A DNA stretch of 64,000 bases from a virus, in UHGV virus genome UHGV-0112973. One strand, written 5' to 3'. Within the stretch, counting starts at the first letter, position 1. Each line of letters opens with the position of its first letter. Shown piece after piece: positions 9,771 to 19,928 of the stretch. Under the pieces are notes generated by a model. It was given only the letters and a program-made list of their open reading frames with translations. It was not told the DNA's origin and ran no database searches. Both the position numbers and the translations under genes were made by a program.

Positions 9771-10145
9771 ATGATGACACTAAAACATTTTCTTGACCGC
9801 CCATTATGGGCGGCAGCCGCAGGCTATGACTTTAATTATATGGATTGCATGTCTTATACCGCCAATGCATACGACCATTCCTTCAGTCTGCTGTTTAATT
9901 CTTTAAGAATATTGCCGCAAACAGAAGTTGGAGAGCTTCATTTATGGCTATTGGGCTTTATCGCGGCTGGAGTTGGTATTGCTGTATGGCCTTTTATTTT
10001 CTGGCTGGTGGCTGTTGTAGTGTGGTTTAAGTGCAAGACGTACCGGAAAAAGTATTTCTTAGGTGATGGAATGACTGATATTGCCAAAATGAACATTGAA
10101 AAATGGACTAAGGAATGTGAAAAGAAATGGCGCAAAAAGAAATGA
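9771..10145 (+). CDS. small membrane protein (two predicted TM helices)
   Basis: 124 aa; hydrophobic stretch LWLLGFIAAGVGIAVWPFIFWLVAVVVWF; lysine-rich C-terminus. Confidence 0.35.
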   Translation: MMTLKHFLDRPLWAAAAGYDFNYMDCMSYTANAYDHSFSLLFNSLRILPQTEVGELHLWLLGFIAAGVGIAVWPFIFWLVAVVVWFKCKTYRKKYFLGDGMTDIAKMNIEKWTKECEKKWRKKK

Positions 10146-10786
10146 CTACTCTAACGACAGCATACTTACAGCAATTGGTATTTTTTGCAGGCGAGGCTAC
10201 TTGTCATCCTGACGCAAACTATTTATTGGAATTTGAGAGGTTAGCGTCACCCGGTATCGTTCTGGAACTGGCCCAACAGGTGCTGGCCTTAAGACAAAAA
10301 GAGCAACATGAAAGTAATACGTGTAGATTGAACTTTGAGCAGTGGCTGGAACAGCAACGCGGAAAAATCGATGTGGACTGTGGTTGTGTGTCTACTGAAA
10401 CATTCATGCACTGGCTGCGGGTAGCTTACGAGGCTGGCAACTATCCGGATATTCCGGATAGTTCGGTGCCAGGGCCAGGAAAGGGCGTCACCGGTGAACG
10501 TATCCGCATTAAGCCGCATGTTTATCGCGAACTGGTTAACCGTCTCCACGATACAGCGATCAAGTGTGCTGGCACCCAGCAATTACGAGAAAGAATTAGC
10601 CGTGTTTTGGGCGACGTTATTAAGCCAGACCATCATAAACAAGCCGAGAAAAGTGGCCTGGAAAGGTGTCACCTTGAGGCGGCATTAAACATTAACCCGG
10701 GGCATACGCTTGGCATTATTGATGCACTATTGGTTCATAAGATGGCCAGGGCTTTATTGCCGCTGGTAGGGGGCAATGACAACTAG
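10127..10786 (+). CDS. hypothetical protein
   Basis: 219 aa; overlaps end of previous gene; no recognised domain. Confidence 0.35.
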   Translation: MAQKEMTTLTTAYLQQLVFFAGEATCHPDANYLLEFERLASPGIVLELAQQVLALRQKEQHESNTCRLNFEQWLEQQRGKIDVDCGCVSTETFMHWLRVAYEAGNYPDIPDSSVPGPGKGVTGERIRIKPHVYRELVNRLHDTAIKCAGTQQLRERISRVLGDVIKPDHHKQAEKSGLERCHLEAALNINPGHTLGIIDALLVHKMARALLPLVGGNDN

Positions 10787-10870
10787 GAAAAAATCGCATT
10801 ACTGGTGGCAAAGCCATAACTACTGATACAATATTTCTAGGTTAAAGATCTGGCATTAGGTAGAGATAGC

Positions 10871-11335
10871 ATGTTTCTTCATATCAATCCCGATTGGGCA
10901 TCAGCTATTGCGGCATTTGGGTCAGCAATAGCTGCTTTTATTAGTTTGCGCACAAGTAAAAATCTTGGATTATTCGATAAGGAAAAATTTTATAGTGAAG
11001 CATTGATAAACTTTGCTGATAGGGCAAATAAAATAGCAACAGGAAAAGCTGGATCAGACTGGGATGTTAATGACGCAAGTAATATAATTCTTTCACTAAA
11101 TGCCGCAAAAGAAACTATTGAAAGTGCGCCAAAACCTATTCGAGAGAAACTAAAACAATATTACAAACATAATCTTTGCCATGAGATCATAACTGAATTA
11201 GAGGCTCACTCTCCCCCAGATTCAGTAATTGTAAGAGAACCATCAGAGTATGAAGGCAAGATCATGGGATTGTGGGATGAGATTAAAATATTTCTGGGTT
11301 ATACAGTGGTATCAGAAGCAGACCTTGAAGATTAA
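10871..11335 (+). CDS. hypothetical protein with N-terminal TM segment
   Basis: 154 aa; N-terminal WASAIAAFGSAIAAFISL hydrophobic helix; directly upstream of phd-doc. Confidence 0.35.
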   Translation: MFLHINPDWASAIAAFGSAIAAFISLRTSKNLGLFDKEKFYSEALINFADRANKIATGKAGSDWDVNDASNIILSLNAAKETIESAPKPIREKLKQYYKHNLCHEIITELEAHSPPDSVIVREPSEYEGKIMGLWDEIKIFLGYTVVSEADLED

Positions 11336-11479
11336 AGTTTGGTGTGACCACATCATTTCATCAATGATGCCCGAAGTGGGGAGTTTGACGATTGTCCGGT
11401 GATTTAAGCTGCAAAGTGCTGGTGCTTTATGCTTGTGAAGTTTATAATTGTGTACACATAACGAGTACACGAGGTGTTT

Positions 11480-11701
11480 ATGCAATCCATTAACTTCCGT
11501 ACCGCGCGCGGCAACCTTAGCGAAGTGCTCAATAATGTTGAAGCAGGGGAAGAGGTTGAAATCACCCGCAGAGGCCGTGAGCCAGCAGTAATTGTCAGCA
11601 AGGCTACTTTTGAAACCTACAAAAAAGCGGCGCTGGATGCTGAATTTGCATCCCTGTTTGACACCCTGGACTCCACCAACAAGGAACTGGTTAACCGATA
11701 A
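11480..11701 (+). CDS. phd: Phd antitoxin (prevent host death)
   Basis: 73 aa [39 protein letters not shown]... recognised as P1 Phd; ATGA overlap with doc. Confidence 0.9.
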   Translation: MQSINFRTARGNLSEVLNNVEAGEEVEITRRGREPAVIVSKATFETYKKAALDAEFASLFDTLDSTNKELVNR

Positions 11702-12081
11702 TGAGGCATATATCACCGGAAGAACTTATTGCGCTTCATGATGCGAATATAAACCGCTACGGCGGCCTGCCGGGAATGTCAGATCCGGGTAGGGCTGAGG
11801 CCATTATCGGGAGAGTTCAGGCCAGAGTTGCCTACGAAGAGATCACCGACCTTTTCGAAGTCTCCGCCACCTACCTGGTGGCTACAGCGAGAGGGCATAT
11901 ATTCAATGATGCCAATAAGCGTACCGCGCTAAACAGTGCGCTGCTATTTCTACGCCGTAACGGGGTGCAGGTATTTGATTCACCAGAACTGGCAGACCTT
12001 ACCGTAGGGGCTGCGACCGGAGAGATATCTGTATCTACTGTCGCCGCCACGTTACGTAGATTGTATGGTTCTGCGGAGTAG
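11701..12081 (+). CDS. doc: Doc toxin (death on curing; Fic-fold kinase)
   Basis: 126 aa [22 protein letters not shown]...; length and sequence as recalled for P1 Doc; follows phd. Confidence 0.9.
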   Translation: MRHISPEELIALHDANINRYGGLPGMSDPGRAEAIIGRVQARVAYEEITDLFEVSATYLVATARGHIFNDANKRTALNSALLFLRRNGVQVFDSPELADLTVGAATGEISVSTVAATLRRLYGSAE

Positions 12082-12265
12082 ATTAATGGCACGTAAATAC
12101 AACAAATTGTCCCGTAGAGCGTTAAAGATGCTTCTTGATGGCGTGAGTCGCCGCGAGGTAAAGCAATACCTGGTTGGTAAGCAAATTGGTGCCAGGACCG
12201 CTATTGCTGTGTTATGCCGTCAGGAAATGGTTGTGCTTAAACAGAAAATGCCGGGCAGCAGATAA
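12065..12265 (+). CDS. small basic protein downstream of doc
   Basis: 66 aa ORF overlapping doc 3-prime end. Confidence 0.3.
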   Translation: MVLRSRLMARKYNKLSRRALKMLLDGVSRREVKQYLVGKQIGARTAIAVLCRQEMVVLKQKMPGSR

Positions 12266-12292
12266 AGCCAAATCAGTGATGAAAGGTGTGAT

Positions 12293-13336
12293 GTGAAAGC
12301 CGTAATTACTCCCTTTGTACAAAAAGAGCTTGGCGTCGCCACATTCAAAGTGGATCAGGAAGTCAGAAAGCTGGTGGAGGCTGGCCGTAAATTTATTATG
12401 GAGCCGGTGCCGCGTGAGTTAATCGAGCACATGGACGACGGCCTCGTTGTTTCCGAGCAAACTATGGCAACAAATGAGGCGTTGCAGCCGTTTTTTAACA
12501 GCGATGAACTGTTTCGCCGTATTGGTGGAATTGACGCGCTGGTGGCGTGGTTGCGCAGGAAAGAGGGGCAATGCCAGGCCGCAGATCGTAGCTGGTGTGA
12601 CAACCATATTGTCCACGCTGAACGAGACAACAGCGCGGTGTTGTTGTGCTGGCATCACGATAATCATTACCGGATGCGTGGTTTTAATGAGCTGAAAGAA
12701 ACGCTGCATAATAATCGCGTTAACTGGATACTGGATGTCGCTCGTCAGGAAATGGGCCTTTCTGATGGTCATGATTTAAGTATTCAGGAGCTGTGCTGGT
12801 GGGCTTTCATGCGCAACATGATCCACCTCATGCCGGAAGAAGTCTGCCGTATATCAATAAATAAGGTGAGGGCTGCAACGCAGGATAGCGGACCCCTGAA
12901 AGAGGCGGATATTCGCCCGTATGACGATCGCGCTACAGCATATGTTCAGATGATGGAAGAACGCGCCGCGCCGATGCGTGCAAAAGTATGCCCTGTGGAT
13001 GTTGACTCCGACCCTGGCATGGCGCATTTCAAAATACCAAAACTGCAATCGCTAAAATTACCTGAGTACATGGACTTTGTTGCTTCCCGTCCATGCTGTG
13101 GGTGTGGAGCTGCGGGAGCTGGCGCTCACATTACGCCTTATATCGTTCGTCATAGTCGATTATGCGCGCATGACATTTACGCAATTCCTCTGTGCCAGTC
13201 ATGCCAGCGTGATATTGAGCGTGACCGCGATAATTGGGAGAAGACGCACGGCAGGCTGGCGATGCATCAACGATTGTTCTTTGATTACGCGCTTGGAGTC
13301 GGCGTTATCACAAGTCACTCGTCGAGCGTTAGATAA
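12293..13336 (+). CDS. Cys-rich hypothetical protein downstream of doc
   Basis: 347 aa; several Cys pairs (CCGCGAAG...C..C); GTG start. Confidence 0.4.
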   Translation: MKAVITPFVQKELGVATFKVDQEVRKLVEAGRKFIMEPVPRELIEHMDDGLVVSEQTMATNEALQPFFNSDELFRRIGGIDALVAWLRRKEGQCQAADRSWCDNHIVHAERDNSAVLLCWHHDNHYRMRGFNELKETLHNNRVNWILDVARQEMGLSDGHDLSIQELCWWAFMRNMIHLMPEEVCRISINKVRAATQDSGPLKEADIRPYDDRATAYVQMMEERAAPMRAKVCPVDVDSDPGMAHFKIPKLQSLKLPEYMDFVASRPCCGCGAAGAGAHITPYIVRHSRLCAHDIYAIPLCQSCQRDIERDRDNWEKTHGRLAMHQRLFFDYALGVGVITSHSSSVR

Positions 13337-13337
13337 A

Positions 13338-13354
13338 ATTGCTCTAATGTATTG
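13338..13354 (+). promoter_or_regulatory. C1 operator-like site (ATTGCTCTAATGTATTG)
   Basis: Operator core upstream of lpa-like gene, as expected for C1 control of the late activator. Confidence 0.5.
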
Positions 13355-13424
13355 CTATTTCTTTAATCGAGGGTATTATATTCGTCGTTGATTAGTTGAC
13401 ATGGGCTAATCAGTAGGTGACAGG

Positions 13425-13877
13425 ATGTTACTTAACTGGCAGGGACGCCACTTCATGGAAATAAATCACTCACGAATTACATCGTATGAGATTGCGGATT
13501 ACATGATCCGCACTAAATCTCTTCTATCAGCGAAAGAACTCGCAGCAATCCTTGAAAAGGAATACCCGCATCTGGATGTCGATAAGCGCGATGTTTATCT
13601 GCGCTTAAAGGCTATCGCTGTGTCTAAGTATTCGTCTGTTTTGATTGATGACAGTACACGCCCACGTAGATTTCAGATCCACTCTCTGAATCCTGAATTC
13701 TTTCGCCGCAGCCGCGCTCCGCGCCGGTTTGATGAAAAACTCCAGAACGAACTCTATATGACGCAGGACGAAAAGGAACGCCGGGAGCACCAGCCTTGGG
13801 TAATGGCGCGTCAACTTTTCAATAAGGTGGCCCGTCAGCACCGTCATTACGGTAATGCCACATCCGCACGTATCTGA
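13425..13877 (+). CDS. lpa: late promoter activator Lpa-like protein
   Basis: 150-aa ORF between a C1 operator and pacA, the position of lpa (gene 10) in P1. Confidence 0.5.
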   Translation: MLLNWQGRHFMEINHSRITSYEIADYMIRTKSLLSAKELAAILEKEYPHLDVDKRDVYLRLKAIAVSKYSSVLIDDSTRPRRFQIHSLNPEFFRRSRAPRRFDEKLQNELYMTQDEKERREHQPWVMARQLFNKVARQHRHYGNATSARI

Positions 13878-13962
13878 TTGATTGCTTGCCCGTTCCGGGC
13901 CTTTTGACATGTGACTTTCGTTACCCTCGCGTCAAAAAGAGTTTTTACGAAAGGAAGCATAA

Positions 13963-15156
13963 GTGACCTGGGACGATCACAAGAAGAATTTTGCTCGCCT
14001 GGCGCGAGATGGTGGTTACACCATCGCACAGTATGCCGCCGAGTTTAATCTTAACCCTAATACCGCACGTCGTTATCTCCGTGCCTTCAAAGAAGACACC
14101 AGGACAGCGGACAGCCGCAAGCCAAATAAGCCAGTCAGGAAGCCACTAAAAAGCATGATCATTGATCACTCTAATGATCAACATTCCGGTGATCACATTG
14201 CGGCTGAAATAGCAGAAAAACAAAGGGTTAATGCCATTGTCAGTGTCGCAGTCGAGAATGCGAAGCGCCAAAATAAGCGCATAAATGATCGTTCTGATGA
14301 TCATGACGTGATCACCCGTGCCCACCGGACCTTGCGTGATCGCCTGGAACGCGACACCCTGGATGATGATGGTGAACGCTTTGAATTCGAAGCTGGCGAT
14401 TACCTGATAGATAACGTTGAAGCGCGGAAGGCCGCGCGCGCTATGTTGCGTCGGTCCGGGGCCGATGTTCTGGAAACCACTCTTCTGGAAAAGTCTCTTT
14501 CTCATCTCCTTATGCTGGAGAACGCCAGGGATACGTGTATTCGCCTGGTGCAGGAAATGCGCGATCAGCAAAAAGCCGATGATGAAGGTACTCCGCCTGA
14601 ATACCGTATCGCGAGCATGCTAAACAGCTGTTCCGCGCAGATAAGCAGTCTGATCAACACCATTTACAGCATCCGGAATAACTATCGAAAAGAAAGCCGG
14701 GAGGCGGAAAAGCACGCTTTGTCTATGGGGCAAGCTGGCATTGTTAAGCTGGCATACGAACGAAAGCGTGAAAATAACTGGTCAGTGCTGGAAGCAGCTG
14801 AATTTATCGAGGCGCATGGCGGGAAAGTGCCGCCCCTGATGCTGGAGCAAATCAAAGCCGATCTGCGTGCTCCTAAGACCAATACCGATGATGAGGAAAG
14901 GCAAACTGCCGTCGGTGGTCCTTCTCTTGAAGATCTGGACAAAGTTGCGCGAGAACGGGCCGCCAACCGCCGCGCCGATGCCGCATTGTGGATTGAGCAG
15001 CGTAGGGAAGAAATCGCCGATATCGTTGATACAGGCGGTTATGGAGATGTTGATACTGAAGGTGTATCAAACGACCCATGGCTGGAACAAGACCTGGACG
15101 AAGACGAGGAGGAAGACGAAGAAGTTACCCGCAAGCTATACGGGGATGATGATTAA
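13963..15156 (+). CDS. pacA: terminase small subunit PacA
   Basis: 397 aa [30 protein letters not shown]...; contains pac-like GATC cluster; acidic C-terminus. Confidence 0.85.
   Translation: MTWDDHKKNFARLARDGGYTIAQYAAEFNLNPNTARRYLRAFKEDTRTADSRKPNKPVRKPLKSMIIDHSNDQHSGDHIAAEIAEKQRVNAIVSVAVENAKRQNKRINDRSDDHDVITRAHRTLRDRLERDTLDDDGERFEFEAGDYLIDNVEARKAARAMLRRSGADVLETTLLEKSLSHLLMLENARDTCIRLVQEMRDQQKADDEGTPPEYRIASMLNSCSAQISSLINTIYSIRNNYRKESREAEKHALSMGQAGIVKLAYERKRENNWSVLEAAEFIEAHGGKVPPLMLEQIKADLRAPKTNTDDEERQTAVGGPSLEDLDKVARERAANRRADAALWIEQRREEIADIVDTGGYGDVDTEGVSNDPWLEQDLDEDEEEDEEVTRKLYGDDD
14156..14314. other. pac packaging site (two clusters, 4 + 3, of TGATCA/G hexamers with Dam GATC sites)
   Basis: TGATCA x4 at about 14156-14195 and TGATC(G/A) x3 at about 14286-14314 inside pacA, matching the known P1 pac architecture. 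Confidence 0.7.
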
Positions 15157-16640
15157 TGGCCAGAAGTTGCGTAACGGATCCACGTTGGCGCGAGCTGGTG
15201 GCGCTATATCGTTATGACTGGATTGCTGCCGCTGATGTTTTGTTCGGCAAAACACCTACCTGGCAGCAGGATCTGATTATTGAGTCTGTGCAGGAACAGG
15301 GTAGCAAGACATCTGTTTCGTCTGGTCACGGTACCGGGAAATCAGACATGACTTCTATCATGATCATGTTGTTCATAATCATGTATCCAGGTGCCCGTGC
15401 CATTATCGTTGCGAACAAAATTCAGCAGGTAATGACCGGTATATTCAAGTACATCAAGATAAACTGGGCTACTGCCACCAGCCGTTTCCCATGGCTTGCT
15501 GATTATTTTGTTCTGACAGAAACCGCTTTCTATGAGATTACTGGTAAAGGTGTATGGACTGTAGTACCGAAGGGCTTTCGTCTGGGAAGTGAAGAAGCTC
15601 TCGCCGGTGAACACGCAGATCATCTTCTGTATATTATCGATGAAGCCTCCGGTGTCAGTGATAGAGCTTTCGGTATCATCACCGGTGCTCTTACCGGACA
15701 GGATAACCGCATCTTATTGCTGTCACAGCCTACACGCCCAAGCGGCTATTTCTACGATACACACCATAAACTGGCCAAGCGTCCTGGTAACCCTGATGGC
15801 GTTTATACGGCGATCACGCTTAACAGTGAGGAATCACCGTTGGTAACGCCAGCATTTATCAAAATGAAGCTGGCGGAGTACGGCGGGCGTGATAACCCTA
15901 TGTACATGATTAAGGTACGCGGCCTATTCCCTAAATCACAGGATGGCTTCCTTCTTGGACGTGATGAGGTTGAACGTGCAACGCGGCGGAAAGTCAAGAT
16001 TGCCAAAGGATGGGGCTGGCTTGCATGTGTGGACGTTGCTGGTGGTACGGGACGGGATAAGTCCGTTATCAATATCATGATGGTGTCCGGCCAGCGAAAT
16101 AAACGCCGTGTAATCAACTATCGAATGCTGGAATACACAGACGTTACAGAAACGCAGCTTGCCGCCAAAATTTTCGCAGAATGTAATCCTGAGCGATTCC
16201 CCAATATCACCATAGCGATAGACGGCGATGGCCTGGGTAAAGCAACGGCGGATCTGATGTACGAGTATTATGGTATTACCGTACAGCGTATACGCTGGGG
16301 TAAAAAGATGCATAGCCGTGAAGATAAGAGCCTGTACTTTGATAAACGTGCTTATGCCAATGTTCAAGCCGCAGAGGCCGTAAAATCTGGTCGTATGAGA
16401 CTGGATAAGGGTAATGAAACTATTGAGGAAGCGTCGAAAATCCCTGTAGGGATTAACTCCGCAGGTCAATGGAAGGTGATGAGTAAGGAGGATATGAAGA
16501 AAAAACTCAACCTGCACTCACCAGACCATTGGGATACATATTGTTTCGCTATGCTGGCGGATTATGTTCCCCAGGATGAAGTGCTTAGCGTCGAAGACGA
16601 AGCGCAGGTTGATGAAGCTCTGGCATGGCTTAATGAATGA
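15156..16640 (+). CDS. pacB: terminase large subunit PacB
   Basis: 494 aa; ATGA-coupled to pacA; length and position as in P1. Confidence 0.85.
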   Translation: MARSCVTDPRWRELVALYRYDWIAAADVLFGKTPTWQQDLIIESVQEQGSKTSVSSGHGTGKSDMTSIMIMLFIIMYPGARAIIVANKIQQVMTGIFKYIKINWATATSRFPWLADYFVLTETAFYEITGKGVWTVVPKGFRLGSEEALAGEHADHLLYIIDEASGVSDRAFGIITGALTGQDNRILLLSQPTRPSGYFYDTHHKLAKRPGNPDGVYTAITLNSEESPLVTPAFIKMKLAEYGGRDNPMYMIKVRGLFPKSQDGFLLGRDEVERATRRKVKIAKGWGWLACVDVAGGTGRDKSVINIMMVSGQRNKRRVINYRMLEYTDVTETQLAAKIFAECNPERFPNITIAIDGDGLGKATADLMYEYYGITVQRIRWGKKMHSREDKSLYFDKRAYANVQAAEAVKSGRMRLDKGNETIEEASKIPVGINSAGQWKVMSKEDMKKKLNLHSPDHWDTYCFAMLADYVPQDEVLSVEDEAQVDEALAWLNE

Positions 16641-16643
16641 ATA

Positions 16644-16660
16644 TTTGCTCTAATAAATTG
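16644..16660 (+). promoter_or_regulatory. C1 operator-like site (TTTGCTCTAATAAATTG)
   Basis: 15/17 consensus; immediately after pacB stop, ahead of the c4-like/icd/ant-like module. Confidence 0.6.
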
Positions 16661-16791
16661 TGTTTTTTAGCTACCGATGTTACATTGAACCTGACCTCTT
16701 GCGCCTTGTGGCATTTTCGGTTTATGCTTATCAGGCACCTCATTAAAACGGGTGCCGGGATTGGCCTCCCGCTTAAGTCTAAGGCGATACA

Positions 16792-16813
16792 GACGCCGCT
16801 CGCGTCTTTTTTT
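16792..16813 (+). terminator. terminator-like hairpin (GACGCCGCTCGCGTC + T7)
   Basis: Short GC stem followed by TTTTTTT in the leader of the icd/ant-like module. Confidence 0.35.
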
Positions 16814-16829
16814 GTATCGGCGTACACGC

Positions 16830-16930
16830 ACACCTCTACAATGGTGGGCTGTATGGGGCTACCTTCGGGTAGGCTGGTTACCTTGGACGCCAGTAAGGCC
16901 AACTCCGTACAGTCCACCGCCAGCAAGATT
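16830..16930 (+). ncRNA. c4-like antisense RNA candidate (copy 1)
   Basis: Block ATGGTGGGCTGTATGGGGCTACCTTCGGGTAGGCTGG alignable to copy at 61064 with compensatory stem changes around a TTCG loop. Confidence 0.3.
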
Positions 16931-16978
16931 GGTCTCTTCTGCGGTGGTTACATACCAACGTCTAAGGAGGCTGCCAAT

Positions 16979-17200
16979 ATGGCTACTATCCCTACCCCAA
17001 CTCATCCTGAATTTATCTGGCGCTTTTACTCCTGCCAAAAACGTCACTATCACTTCGTTATTGCACCGACAGAAGATGAGGCACGTTCTCAGCTTCCTGA
17101 CGCCCCATGTATTTTCTCTGCCCGTTTTTCCACTGATTCACGCAATTCTCTCAGTTACTGGTGCCTCCCTGTTAACGCTTCTGCTCAGGAGGGACTATGA
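16979..17200 (+). CDS. Icd-like small protein (copy 1)
   Basis: 73 aa after AAGGAGG RBS; about 70 percent identical to the icd-like ORF at 61193; ATGA overlap with ant-like gene. Confidence 0.55.
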   Translation: MATIPTPTHPEFIWRFYSCQKRHYHFVIAPTEDEARSQLPDAPCIFSARFSTDSRNSLSYWCLPVNASAQEGL

Positions 17201-18309
17201 GAACATCGTTAGTTACCCGTGAAGAGATGATCGAGGCAATTGAACAGCACACTGCCTGTATCAGTACCAGGGATATACCTGGCGTTATTGCCAACTACTT
17301 CATGATCACCAAACAACTTTACCGGAGAAAGGACAAACACGCGGTTCACCGCATTCTGCTAACCGATATCCGTGAATACCTGCTCGAACAGGGTCATCTA
17401 AATTACGCAACCGTCGCAGCCGAAGCACGCAAGGAGGCACACAGAATGAAAGCAACTAACGTTAAATCAGAAAAAATTTATGCACCTTCAGTTCAGGAAT
17501 CGGAACTGGTGGTTGTTCAGAATCAGCCGGATGAAATTCCCGTTCTGGAATGGCAGGGAGTACGTGTCGTGACAACCGAAACTCTTGCTAGAGGGTATGG
17601 GGTCGATGAAGCCAATATTCGCAACAATTTGTCTCGCAACCTTGACCGCTTTGAAGAAGGTAAGCATTACTTTCTTCTAACTGGTTTAAAATTAAGAGAA
17701 TTTAAGAACAGAGTAACCGGAAGTTACTCTGTTGGTAAGAACGCCAGAAGCCTTACACTCTGGACAGAGCGCGGCGCTGCACGCATGTCTAAGATCGTGG
17801 ACACAAATGAAGCATGGGCATTCTTTGAAAAACTGGAAGACAGCTACTTCCGGCAAAAAGAACAGCAACCGGTTGCAATCCCCCAAACATTACCAGAAGC
17901 CCTACGCCTGGCTGCCGAACTGGCTGAACAAAAGCAGCTTCTGGAACAGAAAGCCCACCAGCTAAATCAGCAGCTGGTGGCCGCCGCTCCTAAAGTCGAT
18001 TTTGCCGACCGGGTATCAGTAGCTAAAGGGATCCTGATTGGGAATTTTGCAAAGGTTGTTGGACTTAAGCAAAACGCGCTGTTTGCCTGGTTACGGGAGA
18101 ACGGCATCCTGATAGCGTCCGGTGGACGTAAAAATGTGCCGTTCCAGCAGTACATCAATGCGGGGTATTTCACGGTGAAAGAAGTGGTGCTGGATGATGA
18201 AGATGGCTACCAGATACGGTTGACGCCTCAATTAACGGGTAAAGGCCAGCAGTGGTTGACGCGTAAACTGCTCGATGCTGGCTTGTTAAAACCGGTGGCG
18301 GCTGAATAA
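17197..18309 (+). CDS. antirepressor-like protein (Ant/KilA-C family, copy 1)
   Basis: 370 aa; N-terminus and C-terminal about 135 aa closely match the Ant at 61411 and KilA at 62619; different central domain. Confidence 0.65.
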   Translation: MRTSLVTREEMIEAIEQHTACISTRDIPGVIANYFMITKQLYRRKDKHAVHRILLTDIREYLLEQGHLNYATVAAEARKEAHRMKATNVKSEKIYAPSVQESELVVVQNQPDEIPVLEWQGVRVVTTETLARGYGVDEANIRNNLSRNLDRFEEGKHYFLLTGLKLREFKNRVTGSYSVGKNARSLTLWTERGAARMSKIVDTNEAWAFFEKLEDSYFRQKEQQPVAIPQTLPEALRLAAELAEQKQLLEQKAHQLNQQLVAAAPKVDFADRVSVAKGILIGNFAKVVGLKQNALFAWLRENGILIASGGRKNVPFQQYINAGYFTVKEVVLDDEDGYQIRLTPQLTGKGQQWLTRKLLDAGLLKPVAAE

Positions 18310-18341
18310 TGGAAGAATGCCCGGTTGATGCCGGGCATAAT

Positions 18342-19193
18342 TTATTGCGCGCTTTCGGGGTTGTCGTTTACTGGCTGCCCCTTCTTGGTTTTACGGCTGC
18401 GCGTAACTGATGCGGCTGATTTGACCTTTTTCTCTTCGCGAGTGATGGCAATTTGTTTTTTTACATTTTCAATATCTGCCAGGCGATATATTTTTGCCTG
18501 CGGCCAGCGGTCGCAGATGATCGGTTCTATAGAGTCATAAAGGCTAAATTTTGCTTTTTCGAATTCACCGTTGATGATGATTCCATCACGGAGAGTTTCA
18601 TCGCAGATAAACACGCCACACAGCGGTACATGGTAACTAACTGATTTACCATCATTGTAGTTAGGGCTACTGGAGATGTAGTGGACGCGCAGCATTGTTT
18701 CGCTAAAGCCGTGTACACGCATACGGAATTTTTCATCCTCCGGGTACTGCCTCATTAGCTCTTTTGTTGCTTCCAGGTTCTCTATGTATTTCGCACTGTG
18801 CTCATTGATCCCCGCGCTTTTTTGGATGCGAATGTCCTTATCAATCAGATGAATAATGCGGCCAGCGGTCATGTTGACGCTGTTCACAGCTTCTGTCTGA
18901 TAAGTTGTAACCTTGCGCACACCGCGAAGGATGTTAGGCACTGGATATAAAATAGTCTTTGGGATATTGAGGTCTGGGTACTGTTCCAGTTCCCGCGCCA
19001 TTAAAGTCCATTTATCAATTTCAGCCTGAATGCTGTCAGTTTCTTTGAACGGTAGAACGACAACCGGGCGTACAGGACGACCGTCGCTGGCTGTATCAAC
19101 GTGTTGGGCGCGTGCAACAGCTTTTTTTAGAAAGAGATCCCTGAAGCTGACGAACTCCTGGTACAGTTGTTCGCCGTAGACATAATTTATCAT
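18342..19193 (-). CDS. c1: C1 repressor of lysis
   Basis: 283 aa MINYVYGEQLYQEFVSFRDLFLKKAVARAQ... recognised as P1 C1; position next to coi and loxP. Confidence 0.9.
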   Translation of the reverse strand: MINYVYGEQLYQEFVSFRDLFLKKAVARAQHVDTASDGRPVRPVVVLPFKETDSIQAEIDKWTLMARELEQYPDLNIPKTILYPVPNILRGVRKVTTYQTEAVNSVNMTAGRIIHLIDKDIRIQKSAGINEHSAKYIENLEATKELMRQYPEDEKFRMRVHGFSETMLRVHYISSSPNYNDGKSVSYHVPLCGVFICDETLRDGIIINGEFEKAKFSLYDSIEPIICDRWPQAKIYRLADIENVKKQIAITREEKKVKSAASVTRSRKTKKGQPVNDNPESAQ

Positions 19194-19287
19194 TGATCCT
19201 CCTCCAGAATTGACATGGTCAATAACGCCCGGCTGAGAAAACCGGTCATTACTGACCTATATTATAGAGGGATCAAACAAAAATAAT

Positions 19288-19304
19288 AGATTTATTAGTG
19301 CATT
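19288..19304 (-). promoter_or_regulatory. C1 operator-like site (AGATTTATTAGTGCATT)
   Basis: 14/17; between coi stop and c1 start, consistent with c1 autoregulation. Confidence 0.45.
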
Positions 19305-19513
19305 TATTGTGAGTCCAACTGGTTAGTTGCCATGAGATATTCGATTGTGTCAGTGAGGTCATCCAGGTCGTCTTGGGTGATGCGGTACTCCTGATTGGAT
19401 ATCTTTGAGTAGTGTTCAGCAATGGCGCGGGCAGCGTCGGTTTCGGCAGGGTCTACAGATAAAGCGTTAGAGCAATGTCTAACGTCGTCGATGGTTGGTT
19501 GAATGAAAGCCAT
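19304..19513 (-). CDS. coi: Coi (C1 inactivator)
   Basis: 69-aa ORF immediately upstream of c1 on the same strand. Confidence 0.7.
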   Translation of the reverse strand: MAFIQPTIDDVRHCSNALSVDPAETDAARAIAEHYSKISNQEYRITQDDLDDLTDTIEYLMATNQLDSQ

Positions 19514-19751
19514 AATTATGCCTCACTGTATTGACAACACAGAGCCTGAAGCTCTGACCTACTGTTTCACCCATGATCCATGCTGGGGTAATCTAACAAC
19601 ATTGCGCTGTGTGTAAGATGAGCAATGCATAGCTGTAATGCCGTTGTATAAGGTTTCCCTGTTTGCTCATTTCCTTCTGAGCCGCTCTACAACGCTGAAG
19701 ACACATTAAATAGTGAATCCAAAGTCGTATTACGTAACGTCGGCAAAACTA

Positions 19752-19768
19752 TAATTTATTAGAGCAAT
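19752..19768 (-). promoter_or_regulatory. C1 operator (TAATTTATTAGAGCAAT, 16/17)
   Basis: Near-perfect operator between coi and loxP. Confidence 0.6.
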
Positions 19769-19834
19769 TGTCAAACAACTATGAAAAACAATCCAGTTTT
19801 TAGCTGGTGGAGTGGGATTTTTCTCTCAAAATTT

Positions 19835-19851
19835 ATTGCTCTAATAATTCT
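19835..19851 (+). promoter_or_regulatory. C1 operator (ATTGCTCTAATAATTCT) with overlapping inverted half
   Basis: AAATTTATTGCTCTAATAATT: overlapping operator halves next to loxP. Confidence 0.55.
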
Positions 19852-19894
19852 TGATTTTTATGCGCAGCTGGACGTAAACTCCTCTTCAGACCTA

Positions 19895-19928
19895 ATAACT
19901 TCGTATAGCATACATTATACGAAGTTAC
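19895..19928. other. loxP: loxP recombination site (ATAACTTCGTATA-GCATACAT-TATACGAAGTTAC)
   Basis: 13-bp inverted arms around the 8-bp GCATACAT spacer; outermost base of the right arm is C instead of canonical T. Confidence 0.9.

Noticed and set aside
16637-17200. 187-aa ORF spanning the whole pacB-ant intergenic leader
   Set aside because: Only the last 73 codons follow a strong AAGGAGG RBS and match the icd-like paralog at 61193; the upstream part overlaps the RNA candidate and hairpins and is not a credible coding region.
19464-19477. Partial operator-like sequence GCGTTAGAGCAATG inside coi
   Set aside because: Only the TAGAGCAAT core matches (about 10/17) and it lies within coding sequence; too weak to call.
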